64,000 nucleotides of DNA from Amoebophrya sp. A120. Its lineage: Eukaryota > Protista > Dinoflagellata. The DNA lies in assembly GCA_905178155.1 (NCBI GenBank), contig CAJINV010000010.1, positions 124,001 through 188,000 on the forward strand, in the 5' to 3' direction. The notes under the pieces were generated by a model. It did no database searches. It saw only the letters and a program-made list of their open reading frames with translations, and was not told where the DNA came from. Positions within the stretch are counted from its first letter, which is position 1, and each line of letters opens with the position of its first letter. The translations under genes and the position numbers were made by a program. This document shows, piece after piece, positions 11,690-24,500 of this stretch.

Positions 11690-14600
11690 CTACAATTGCG
11701 AGGACAGAAGTGGAAGTCGACGCTGGCTATTGGCTACATGATCGCCCCACATGACAAAAAATGAACGCCAGGAGAACCAAACAAAAATAGTACTTACCAT
11801 GACGATCCCGCTGAAGCCGGCCCACATGAGGATCCAGAAGGAGCTGTCCTTGGTGCTCATCGGAAACTTGAAGCACGTCGAAACCAACGCCACTGCTATG
11901 GGATTCTCAAGCGTTACACTCTCAGCTGTTTCATGCATTTGTCATGCAGAACTACCTTAACCCGCCAGATAACCAAGCGGCTTCGCATGACAAATTTCCG
12001 AAGTAGGGCTAAATAGAATCTAAAAAATCTCCTGTGCCAGATCTGTGATGCGACAGCTGCAAGTTTGCCCCTTTCACTGTTGCTGGTCTTGCATTTTTGC
12101 AAATTTATGCAACAGTTGAGAGTGTAACGTTTGAGAACTCCATAACCCACACACCCATCATGGGTTCGTGGACGAAGAGTTTAAACGCGACGGCAGAGCC
12201 CGCAGCCGTTTCGGAATGCGGGTCTACCATCTTCAACAGAATCAGCCCGTTTGCCGTCGTATCCTGTGCAAAAGTATCGTGCTCGCAGTTATAATCGCAG
12301 TCATGCATTACAAATCTCCATCCTAACCTAAATCCGCATTACAAATCCGATTTTTCATGCTGAGGGAATTTGTCATGCGATTTATACTAGAACGATGTTA
12401 TTTCATTTCATACGTCGTGCCCATAGAGTGCCCGACCTCGAAAATGGCCCGCTCGAACCACGCGTCGGGCAGCATTTTTGGCGCTATATGAGAGCGCACA
12501 ACTCCCCCTCCCCCTCATTTGTATAGCATGAACGGCAATACAAGCATCAGCAAGAGTGCCGGTTTTGCATGACAGATTTGCACTGGAGTGTAGTGCTATT
12601 TGGGCCACCAGAACTTGTCATGCATAATAGTGACAGGAGGGAAAGCGTGGATTTGGTATTCTGCATGAGAAATGAGAACGAGGGGGAGTTGTGCACCGTC
12701 ATACGCTAGGAAGAGAATGCAGAAGAAGTGCCACGCGAAACCCACAATGTTGAGGATCACGAAGGCGAGGGTCGCGTAGGGCCAGCCGGTGGCGGCTTGC
12801 AGATCCATGGTGCACAGCACGGCCGTAATCAAGTAGTCCAGGGCGATACCGGACACCTGGAAGTCAATTGAAACAGATGTTGACACGTCGTACAACAAGT
12901 TGTGCAAACAGTAACAGCAGCAGAAACGTTACCGAGACCGCTATTTTTCCGGATACAAATTTGCAGTTGTGCGTGAAGGCTACGAAAAATTTGGTCCAGA
13001 ATATTTTTTATCAGTGGAGAACCAGAACTGGGATGCAAAAAACATATTTCATCTTAGCCACCGCATCAAGAAGATGATCTCAATCTCATATTACCCGCTG
13101 CATGCAGTTGTGGTCAATCAGCATGGGATATTACACTGAAAAGTGCCCCCCCATCCCCAAAGGTGCAAAAATTTGTGATGCGAAGTTTCCGAATGAAAAC
13201 TTTTTGTCATGCATGAAAAAAATATGGATCTTTCTGAATGATGCAGATTCTAGTGGTGTTTCGCATCGCTTGCATGACAAGCACCGCTCTTGCTGGGATC
13301 TTTTGCAATACAAATTTTTGTTATTCACGATCGGAAATCTGTGATGCTGATACATGCAAGAGGGCGAGTGTTTCACTTGGAAAGGTTTGCAATACAAATG
13401 CTTTCAAGTTCGGGGGTGGGAGCATTTTTCATTGTAATATGGAATATCCAATCGCTCGGATCAACCGGTCCACCAGAATCCCGCCCACCATACAGAGCGG
13501 AAACAGCGGAAAATTTTCGCCAATGGTGGTCTCGGCTTTCGGGATCCAGCCGACGGTATCGGAGGACAAAAACTCCTGTAGTGCGATCATGCCCTTCTGG
13601 ATTCCGTATCCAAAAGCGCAAGCCAACCCGATCAAAGCCGCGTGGAGCGTCAGTGTGTCAATCGAATCCGATACAACCGTTTCGTACGCCATCGGCTTCC
13701 GAGAATCTTCCGAATACACTCCAACTAGCAGCAACGGATCAGAAGAAGCCGCCCCCTCGATCCCCTGGCCACCTCCTTCCGCCAGGGTTTTGGAAACCCG
13801 CGTGCCGTATGAAGTGCAAATATGTCTGGGTCTGCAATTACTAAGTGGAATTTTGCAGGAAACGGGAAAATTGAAAAAAAATGCCCCCTGTGCTGGATTG
13901 GGCGGTGGCTGCGGCGGTTTGGAGTGGTGAGGGCGCGGCGGCCTTTGTAATCCTCAGTCCTCATCAAAGAACACCAGTACAGGCACGTGGCAGACCTTCA
14001 TCAAAATACATCGCTACAGCTACAAATGAGGGACATGAGGACCATGGCCCATGAGATGAGGGCAGCCTACCTCCAACAGGGGGCGGCTGTGCCAAGCCGA
14101 CGGCGCGCGCCAGACGGGCGTGCTGTGCGGGCAGGGAGAGGACGGCGCCCAAGCGAGCCGAGGCCCTGCCAAATAATTGGGTGGCCCAGCAGCTGACGCG
14201 CCAGACAGACCATATGTTGCCATTAGGACAGTCGCCCCGAACTATTTCCGCACTTTTTGCGCGCGCCGGGGAAAGTGCGAAAAAAATGGCCATCCAGATT
14301 TCCCCCCCCCCGGCGGAGGTGAAACCGCACCTAAATCTCCGAATTGTGGCGCCAGTTTTGGGCGTCCGGAAAAATGCCAAGAAAAGCCCCCAAGGAGAAG
14401 GCCCACCGCGCCTATTTGCAACGTTTGGCCGGCCGAAAAGGCGAAAGCGCGCAACTTTTGCACCAAAAATGATGGCCCGGGGCCACCCGCCGAAGGGGGC
14501 CCCGGGGGGGTCGCCCCCTCATTTTCCTGTGGAATTGAAGCACCGGTGGCACGGCCCCGATTTTGCCCCTCATTTTGGGGCCCCGGATTGGCCCGATTTT

Positions 14601-17600
14601 GGCCTCCCCCGGAGGCCTCCCTCCTGCGTTTTCCTGTGAACTTAAACCGCATGGGTATACAAACTTTTTCCACTCAATCACGAGCGGAATGGCAAAAAAG
14701 GGCACCCGAGTCGAAGCCCCTGGCGATGTCCATGTCCGGACACTCCCGGAGAAGGTAGTCGAGGTGCTTCAGGGTTGCCGGCCTTTTTCGGCCCTGCTCG
14801 CGGAGCCGCGCCCGGGCCGCCCCCTTCCAGCCGACTCAACCAGGGCCATACCAAGGGACGCGGTGAAGGGGCCGGGGAGGTAGTGGCAGCCGCCTACTAT
14901 GTCTGCTCTTTGGGTTTTGTGACTCGCGCAAGGTATTTTTTGAACAGTAACGGAGGTGGGCGCCGGGCTCTGTGACGATTTGCGCCACAGTGTGTGCGTG
15001 TGTGGCGCGGAAAGCCGGACCCCTGTGCGAGGCAGGCTGCTTGCACCTTATGAGCCATCATCTTCATGGGCCTCATTTGTGCCTGTGGAATGTACTATGA
15101 TGAAGGATTCGCTTTGTGCCTGTAGTGATGTTTTTTGATGAAAACAGATTGCAAGAAAGGCCGCCGCGTTGTCCCCGCTCCCAGCCGCTGTCGCCCTCGT
15201 CCTATCCAGCACAGGGGGCATTTTTTTTCAATTTTCCTTTTTCCTGCAAAATTCCACTTAGTAGCAATAAACTTGAGATGCTAGTTCGCGAATCCTGAGG
15301 ACGCCACAAGTGATGGCTTGTTGCTAGGTGTTGCGTATAATGCTGCATGACAAACCGCGTTTCGGCATGACAGAAAAATGGGGCTTTTGGGAATTAACGA
15401 GCATGACAGAATTTGGAGTCATCGACTACTTAGCAGAGCATGACAGACCTTCCTAATTTTTGCAATCCATATGCCCGGTGCGCGCCAGTTCCGGCGAGAT
15501 GCGATGTTGATCAGCATGACGCCCCAAATGGTCGCGCCGAGGAGACCGGTCGTGGCCATACCGATGGAAACGTCAAAACCGTCTTTCCATTCTTGCATCT
15601 TCGGAAAGTCATCACGGAGCCCAGCAACCTAGAATTTGATAAAAGTTTGTGTCTGTGTTGACCCATATCAATGTAAGTAATCGACAGGTAGGAGGTAGGA
15701 GGAGTAGCAGGAGTAGAGACGAGAACAAGAAGACAGATGTGGCTGTGCTGGACGAGCCATGAGAAGTTTATAGTTTGCAAATAAACAGTAACAGTTACAG
15801 TAACAGAACTACAGCAAGTCACAACCGCAAGTCGTGCACCGGAGTTGGAATCAAACTAAAAGGTCAAAAATTCTATATACCGTTCCATGACCACCCTCAA
15901 AGCCGAGATACATGGAGATCCCGTAGCAATGCGGTAACCAGTCCGCAGATTTTCCGTGCGGTAATTTTCCGTCTTCCGTGTTCCAGGCTTGGTTCCCGGT
16001 CCAGAAGTAGCCCCACTCGTTGGCTTCGAAGAACCTTTTTGATACGATAATCACAATTACAATAGACAAAGGTGTCGTACGATAGCAGTGAAAAGAACTT
16101 TGCGTATGCAGCACAAATAAGAACTAGAACATGCAACATCTTCAGAAAGACCACAACATCAGGCTGAAAATGAATGAAAATGAATCATGAGTATCTTCTA
16201 TCAATACAGAAACAATGCTCCAAACACCCAGCCCGCTAACAGTCCGAACATCCACAGGCCATGCGTGACCACCTGCCCGTACATAATCTGCGGTCCGGAA
16301 CCTTCCCAGATCGCTTTCACAGGGGGGATATGCAATACAAATTTCCCGCACGACACGTACAAAATGCAAGACAAATTTGGCCGAGTTCTTAGAGCATGCG
16401 GTTTGTCATGCTGAATAGGATTGGCGAAGAGTTTTGTCATGCAGAGACGGCAGTTCCAGTTGTGCGTCGTGTACGGGAAATTCACTGTGGATACGGGATA
16501 TGCAATACAAATTTCCCGCGCATGTACAACATGCATCACAAATCTATTCACCAATTTGAACCGCAAAACTTGTCATGCAAGACTAGGATCGAAGTCAAGT
16601 TTTGTCATGCAGAGACCACATGTGTACATGTACGGGAAATTCACTGTGGATACGGGACCTCGACCCCAATAAACACCGCGGCAAAAATCACCGAGATCAG
16701 AACCTTATCCTCTGCAAAAGTATCGTACTCGTAGTAATCGCAGTCATGCATTACAAATCTCCAAACCAAGGTAAAACAGCATGACAAATTTCATTTGTCA
16801 TGCTGGCCGAATTTGTAATGCGATTTCTACTAGTACGATACTTTTGCAGTGCATAAACCTCCGGGAGTTGCGGTCCCTTATCACGAGAAAAAAGTGATAC
16901 AGTTACAGATTTGTTGGAGTTTCTGCATCGGAAATTTTTTCTGTGTGGCAGAGAAAACTTGTAATGCGCAGATCATATTAAGGGAAAACAGGAAGGAAAC
17001 GAGGCTCCCAAGCATTTCCTGCATGAGAGAGGTTGTCTGTGGTGCCTGTCTTGCAACACAATGTGTAACTGTAACACTTTTTTCTTGCGATATCCCCACC
17101 CGATGGTGTAGTAGGCAGAGAAGTAGCTGTAGACCTTCCTGATTCCGGGCAGACACTCCCCCCGTTGCCCAACCGGAACGGTCGGGTCCGTGTTGGAGTA
17201 ACGATTAATGTGGTCCTCGGGGACACGCTATGCAATACAAATTTTCCGTACATCAACATGTACAAGATACATCACAAATCTTGCCAATTTGGAGGGTAAA
17301 ACTTGTCATGCTAAACTAGAATCGAAGCCAAGTTTTGTCATGCAGAGACTGCATTTGTACGTGTACGGGACCGCATTTGTACGTGTACGGGAAAGTTACT
17401 GTGGATACACACCCATGCGGCCCGACGTTGTTCGCGAGGAGCAGGATGAGGTAACTGATAGATGATGTAGATGTAGTGTGTTTAGCATGACAAATTGCAA
17501 CAAGAATACAGCCACATGCATGACAACTCACTTTGGAATAAAAATCTTTATACCCAAAAGTCCCGCCGACGACCGAACTCGGCAAGTACAGGTCCCGCAG

Positions 17601-20454
17601 CGGCTTGATCAGAACCCGCAACACCTTGCCGCAGAGGAGTAACAGAGATAAAAACGCGAAGGAAGAAATCGGTGCGTTTTTCAGATCCAAAGAGGGACCA
17701 GAGGAACCCATCTCGTCTTGGGATGTGTCGGTGGAAGAGTCTTCTTGTATCCACAAAAAACAACGAACCATCCCCATCCATTTTCTGCATGACAAATACT
17801 GAATTTCATGCTTGTTTTGCATGACAAATTAAATGGGGATGGTTGTTTGTTTGTGGATATCTTGTCCTGTCGCCGCGTTACTAAACGCTGGACTCGTACT
17901 CCCACCGATCGCCAGATTGGCCGTTGCGGGGGTGGCGGCGGGACGTCGCACATCAGGTGGAGAAGTAGATGCCTCTCCTGCTCCAAGAACTTCTTCCGTC
18001 TGGCTCTGTTTCGTTTCCAACGCAACATCCCGGGAGGTTGCTCCTGCTGTCGCACCTGGTGTGCTATAATCTTCCCCAGCACTGGTGCTCTCGGTCTGTG
18101 TCATCTTCTCATTCTGGCCACTGATCAGTTTGGGTTCGATTTTCTGATCCGGGTTGTGTGCCACTTGCACACCAGAACCTTCGGAGAATTCATGCTCGTC
18201 ATCCGGGCCGCTGCCATCCGTGATCACCTGATAGGACTCGCCTGCTGCTGCAGGTCCTGCAAAAGAACCACCTCCAGCCGGCGCCGTCGCGGTCAAGTCC
18301 ACTGCTGTCGGGGTGTACACGAACGCATCGTCCGGCTGTTTTTTATCATGCGGAGTTGTGACTATTACGGCTGGCGCAGTGGCGGTAAGATCGACGATGT
18401 GCGGCTGCGGGTGTTGCTTTATCCAGCAAAAAAAACCCATCCCAACCCATTTTTTGCATGACAAACACGAGGGCTTTATGCAAGTTAATGTTTTGCATGA
18501 CATCAAATTGGATGGAGGTGGGTGTTTTTTCATGCTGCATATGCTCAACAGGGATGGTATTTCCGAGCATCGCGTTGTAGGAAGGAAGTTCCTGCGGTAC
18601 TGAATTTTGTTCCTGCGGTCCTGAATTCAGCACCGCCGGTGCTGAATTCGCCAAGTTTGGGAGTTGTTCTAAAACATTCTGCCCACCAGCACCTTCGATC
18701 TGCTGCGAAGAAGTGGCAGCTTCGCCGAGTTTCACAGCCGGAAGAGAGTTCGTGATGAAAGCTGAATTCGGCTGTGGTGCTGGCGGTAGTAGATGCGGTT
18801 GCTCTGCCTGGTTTTCGTTTTGATGCACATCTACCGCTGCGTTCGATTGCAACACTGCCGGCGCGGTGTCGTAGAGCGGCGAAGCAGCTGGCGGCGCGGG
18901 GGGATCGATGGTGTTGATATCGTTATCAGTCGTTTCTTGCATCACAGCAGGAGCCGTGGAGGATAGATGCTGCTGCACGTTGACATGCTCGGGCTGCTCT
19001 ACGTGTGCCTGTGGCTGCGGGAGGTGCGGTTCTACTTGCACTACCGGTTGTACTGGTACCGTCTGCAGCAAGGGTTTCTTCTCCTTTGTAGAACCTTCTC
19101 CGGTGGTCGCGGCTCCGCCAGACAAAAAAATCGCAGGGGAAGAGGAAGATAAGGCCTGTTGCTGCACCCCTGCCCCCAAGCTACCGCTGCCCTCCTCGCC
19201 TGGCTTTGTCGCGTGAAAATTCGCTGGTAGGGAGGAGGACAAGAATTGTTGCTGGGCTGGAGTCGTCGGTGGTTGATGCACACTAGCACCAGCAGTGACC
19301 GTGGGCAACATAGCGTCCGGCAGCTGGGCCACCATTGACGCTGCTGGCACCTGCACCGCACTTGGTGCGGAAGCGGCCAACTGCGCGCCAATGTTTTGCA
19401 CCTCACTGGCAGTAAGAAGTTTGTTTTCCTCGTGTAATTGGGAGAGTTCCGGCGCAGAGAGGGCGAGGTCTGGATTGATGACGCCGTCACCAACATAATC
19501 TGCTGCACTCTGCTGGGGTGCTGCTGCGGCTGCGGCAGTGGTTTGATGAGACATGGCAGCCGGGTCTGTAGCTTGCGTTGAAATTGTTGTTGCAACACCA
19601 GCAGCAGCTGCCGCGCTACCACTGTTCTGTTCCGGAGTTATCTGCACCACACTGGGTGCCGTAGCAGCCAAATTGAAGTTCACGTCGCCCGGGCCCAACA
19701 GCGTTGGCTCGTGCAAGTCCGGCGCCGACATTGCGAGATCTGGGTGCAGAATTTGTTCTCCTGTAGTCGATGCGGACACCAGTCTGAAATCCGCCGTGTT
19801 CGCCATAAAAGTTTTCATCGTGTGGATATTAACATTGTTCGTGACCGCCTTGCAAAAAAAGGACAATCCGCCAACCCCCAGTCCGGAGAATCTGGGCCGC
19901 AGGGGGCGTCTGTTTGTAGCTTTACTCTGCGTTGGTTTCTTGGAAGCCGTGGTCGGCTTAGAAGTACCATTCGTTTGATTTTGATTGTCGTTCTGTGAAG
20001 CCACGACAGTGGCGGCCGGGGAGGTGGACTTCTTCTTCTTCTTTATCTTTTCTGATTCATTATGATCTACTCGCTCCTTCACATCATGTTGATCTTCGCT
20101 GGCAATATCGCACAAATGCCGCTTGCTTGTGGAGGATCGTTGCATGGTTCTCCTCGGTGCAGCTCTTGTAGGAGTTCCTCCTGGCGCGACAGAACGAGGG
20201 GGCTCAGCAGTTCGCCGCAAACCTCGCGCAGGCAGCTGCACACTAGCAGGAATGATAACGCCTGCTCCTGCAGTAGGCGATGAAGAGGAAGAAACTCTGG
20301 TTGAAATGCGCTCGTTTTGTTGGTTCCGTGGGGTAAAGCCGATCCGTCTGGGTCTGCTCAAAGGCGTCTGAGTTGCAGCTGCTACCTCCACGGGCTCGAT
20401 CGTCGCCAGCGGCAAGAGAGACGCCGCGCTTTTGTTTTCTAGATTTGATGACAT
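11690..20454 (-). CDS. Sodium/glutamate symporter (GltS/ESS family) with ~850-aa low-complexity N-terminal extension; at least 14 introns
   Basis: Exon peptides LYLPSSVVGG, GPQIMYGQ, GFEGGHGT, SIGMATTGL, SIDTLTLHAALIG, FPLFPLCMVGG, VSGIALDYLI and TTANGLILLKMVDP match GltS-family motifs. N-terminal exons join in frame across 18420-18541 and 17748-17859. Confidence 0.85.
12487..12703. mobile_element. Introner family F (TATGAnAGTGCACAACTCCCC TIR, mostly ~200-235 bp); representative copy
   Basis: TSD cgcta. Other copies: 11190-11416, 21901-22122 (aggat), 38409-38711 (cgttt), 40237-40439, 51522-51743, 56338-56573. Confidence 0.92.
13129..13439. mobile_element. Introner family H (TATTACAnTGAAAAnTGCCCCC TIR, ~310 bp)
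   Basis: TSD tggga/tggaa. Opposite-orientation copy at 22325-22634. Confidence 0.85.
13839..15263. mobile_element. 1425-bp TIR element (TAC...GTA ends, 5-bp TSD) nested in an introner
   Basis: ~60-bp TIR TACTAAGTGGAATTTTGCAGGAAA...CCCCCTGTGCTGGAT. TSD gcaat at 13834-13838 and 15264-15268. Lies inside the family-A copy 13808-15471. Confidence 0.9.
15629..15880 (-). other. Canonical GT-AG intron in the GltS-like gene
   Basis: acg|GTATAT...TTCTAG|gtt joins GGHGT to VAGLRDDF in frame. No TIR seen. Confidence 0.75.
17748..17859. mobile_element. Introner family D (TATCCAnAAAAAA..CCATCCC TIR, ~110-150 bp); representative copy
   Basis: TSD tcttg. Other copies: 18420-18541, 28020-28129 (tccgt), 9093-9242. 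Confidence 0.88.
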
Positions 20455-21572
20455 CTTCGATAAAGTTAAAGCTTTAGAATAATTATAATTCGGTATCAAT
20501 GTAGTTTTGAACAAGTACGATAGCAAGATCTTTATTCTTGGAATTCGTCGACGACCCTGTCGTCTGCAACAAGTGGCGTGCCCTATTGTCGTTTTTGATG
20601 ATTTTCACGAGCCTAGAGGAAATTATAATCACCTCCAAGTAGAGCGCGCGTTTCTTCAAAAATTCTCGTGGACGATGAAAGCAAGGTGCTTACCAATGAT
20701 ATGGCCGCGCGCTGCAAGAAAGGCGGCGCACTCCGTCCTTCTACTTGTCGACGGTGAACAAGCCAAAGACAAGCCATAACGTGAACCTCCGAACGAAACA
20801 CAATGAAAAAGATCTTTGTTCCGTAAAAAAGACCGAATGAACAGGCTAGGGGTCATACACTTCGACGTCATGACGGAAAAGAAAATGCGCTGATCTTGAA
20901 GATCTTCCTGATCTTTTTCGGGCCGTCCGTGTTGAAGTTGATCACGATCGTCGTCCTTGGGGCAGAAAGTACAGCAGGGAAACTTGTGTGTGTAGCATCG
21001 ACGATTAGAGCTGAATGATTGAAGATTTACTTTCCTCGCTTTTTGTTCTAGGCTACATTTACAAGTGCGAAGCGCTTCTTCAGCCAGAGCGATTGTTACA
21101 GCACTATGAGGTTGTACTTGGCTGCGGGTACTACGGCACTAACGTTATTCCAGGAGGAACACAAGTGCTGGATGAGCTACAACTTCCGTTGCTTTTCATG
21201 TGCTGGTATTTTGCTCCGCAGCAAATGGGTCCAGTCTCTTGCTGTGGTGTACAGGATATGAAAATGCATCCAAATTACGATCTACAGTTGACAGAAGTTT
21301 TTGTCCAGATTTGGTCAATACCGCTGGCAGCAGTCTTCTTCTAACCTCCCCTAACAACACAGAATATACAAGAAAAACCTGCGTGACGGGTATCATATTC
21401 AAAAAGAGTGTTGCACGATGAAGCAACAATAGAGACAATAAACATAAAGTGAAAACGATTTTTGAAGAACGCGTGTAAGACTGTTCGTGATCGTGACGTA
21501 GCTGTCTATTGTAACAGTATCATGGATGTAAGTAATTGGGTCCCACCTTGACAACTATGGGGTGAGGACGTT

Positions 21573-24500
21573 TTATTCACTCAGAATATCCCTCGAATTA
21601 TTGCTACCCACACTATCACCTCCACTTGATATTCCACTGTCTTGATCACCCGAAGATGTGTAGCCAGCTTCTCTGCTGTTGCTCTGGAAGAGCAAGAGGT
21701 TGCTTTGCCCCTCGGGAGATTTCGTGCTCCGTTTTTTTTTGTTCGACGCACTAGATGGAGGGAGTAACAGGCCCGAAGAAGAGCCTGGGCTCGCTCCGGA
21801 TCTGACCGCCGAGACAATATTGGCTTTCATTTTCGCCTTCCGGGCGCGAGACGAAAAAATCGACTTTTTAGTGGACGACCGGCCGGACGAGCGGGAGGAT
21901 TATAGAACTGCACAACTCGTCCCCCTCTCCCTCATTTGTCATGCAAAATGCCTAATTTACGCCATGGCTCTTCCTCTTGGCACTGTTTGCATGACAAGCT
22001 TCTCTGGAAGCCCAAATAGCACTACACTCCTGTCCAAATTTGTCATGCAAGACCTGTATTCTTGCTCACTCTTGTGTTGCTGTTCATGCAATACAAATGA
22101 GGGGGAGTTCTGCACTTTCATAAGGATTCGCGGGAAGACAAAAGCATCTCCTCCGAAACCGGAGCTCCAGTTGGTTCGCCTCCACCTCCGGTGGAGTTGT
22201 AGGTCTCGCGGCCGCTACGTGGTCCTCCCGATGTTGATTGCAGTCCGCTCTGCTGCCCCGACTTGAACTCGTCCGCAGCCGTGCTTTTCCGGGTCGAGGC
22301 CGGCGCTCCGCTCGTCGGGGTTCTTATTACAGTGAAAAATGCCCCCACCCCCGAACTTGGGAGCTTTGTCTTGCAAACCTTTCCAAATGAAACATTCGCC
22401 CTCTTGCATCTATCAGCATCACAGGTTTGCAATCGTGAATAGAGAAAATTTGCATTGCGAAAGACCCCAGCAAGAGCGGCGCTTGTCATGCAAGCGATGC
22501 GATACATGCCTAGACTCTGTATCAGAAAGATTCATACTCCTTTCATGCATGACAAAAAGTTTTCATGTGGATTTGGAACCTTCGCATCACAAATTTTTGC
22601 AACTTTGGGGGTGGGGGCATTTTTCATTTTAGTAGTTTTGCTTCTGCTCCGCGGTTTTATTGTGCTGCTCCTGGGACTTTTACTTCGCATGGAACTACTC
22701 CGAATGTTGGAACTAGTCCGCACCGAACTCCGCGGACCTCCACTAACGCTTTTCCTCGAAGATCTACTTGATCCAAACTCCTCCCCCTTGGGCAATACCG
22801 ACAGTAAACCCGCCGCCGTCATTCGCGTGTGCTCCACGGGCGCACCGAGAACCGTCTCGGAGACCTCGTGCCGCATGTCCGAGTGCCCATCGTGGTCCCC
22901 CGGGATGGTTCTCGCGCCCCCGAGGTACATGTGCTGCTTCTTTTTCTCAATGTCGTCAACAAACGCGGTGGTGGTACCAATCCCCTTGTATTTAAGGGGC
23001 AGCTTGTATGGAGTGTCAGGATCGAAATCGTCAGAGTTGAAATAATTTGTGATGCATAAAACGGATACCAGTTGGCGCCTAGTTTTCAACTGGCGCATGA
23101 CAAATTTGGGTAGAAGTGAAATCGAGTCTGTAATGCTGTTCTGGTAAGGAAGACGCCTTTTGTCATGCCCTACTTTAGCAGCTCAATTTCTACCCCTCGA
23201 CAGGCTTACAACCGAATCTGCACCCCTTGCGCCCTCCGCAATAGAGGCAGTTTGTGCGTTGCATTTTATGCATCACAAACTATTTCAACTTTGCCGATTT
23301 CGATGCTGACGCTTCCATAGCTTGACTTTGATTTTCTTTTCCAACGCCTTCGGCGGCTTCAATTGTGGATACTGCCCCGGTTCCACGTCAAGGCTGGGCA
23401 CCTGCGGCGGCTCCGGCGGCGGATGCTCGACGAAGTCTTCAAAATCTTTCACGTTGAGACTTTCGAGTCCTGCTGGTCCCTTCGATTCGAAACTCGCTGT
23501 CTTCATAAGAACGACCGGCGCAGGCATGACGGCGGACGTAATCTTCTTCTTCTTTTTCTTCACCTTTTTGCTTATTTTCGGCGGCTTGGAAGGCAGGTAG
23601 CTCACGGAAGGAAGAACCTCCGGCTCTGTCGTAGTATCTTCGGTGATGTCCGTGACAGTAGTCGTGTTATCTTCTTCCCCAACATCTACCTCGGCCGGAG
23701 GGGCCGTAACTCCTTTCTCCTGTGCGAAAGCTTTGGCACAGCAGTGGTAGAGGCACCAAAGGAGAATAGAGACGACAATGAGGGCATCCTGTGCAAAAGT
23801 ATCGCACTCGTAGTAATTGCTATCATGCATGACAAACATCCCTTTTTAGGTAAATCAGCATTACAAATTCCATTTTTCTTCTTGAAAAAATTTGTGATGC
23901 AATTTGTACTAGTACGATACTTTTGCAATGCATAGAGGGCGATCAGGATCCAGCCCCACCAGGGGATGCAGCCCGTGTCCAGGCCGGCGGGGGAATCTAG
24001 GTTGGTGTTGGATTGCTCGGTCAATGTAGTTATCATGTGCAAAAGTGTCTGGGTCTGGAAGAATGCCAGGTTTGTCATGCACATTTTGCATGACTCCTGA
24101 TGTCTGTGATGCATGCCATAGCATCACAGATTTTGTGAGGGCTTCCTGATGCCTATACCGCATGACAAATGCTCTTTCCGCGCAGCAAAACTTGGAGTCT
24201 CTTTGCTGATCATGCAATACAGATTTTTTTAAAATCCAAAATCAGCACGACAACTTGGATTTTTCCAGACCCAGACATTTTTACATTTGATAGTATTTTG
24301 TTCACCCGCCTCGCCCCCGCCCTGGGCCGTTAAATTGCTGTTCGGTGTAAAAGGCTTGAGTTTCCCAGCTGCTGGGTCCATCGTGATTCCTCCTGGCGCA
24401 ACCGTGGTCGAACTGGTTGGACAGGTGTCAGGCTTAGTGTCTATGGATTGCAAAAGTATCGTAATTTAGCATAAAACAAACGCATGACAAGTTTTTCCTA

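Noticed and set aside
13964-14883. Transposase within the 1425-bp element
   Set aside because: Overlapping GC-rich ORFs in several frames with no recognisable DDE, HUH or recombinase motif.
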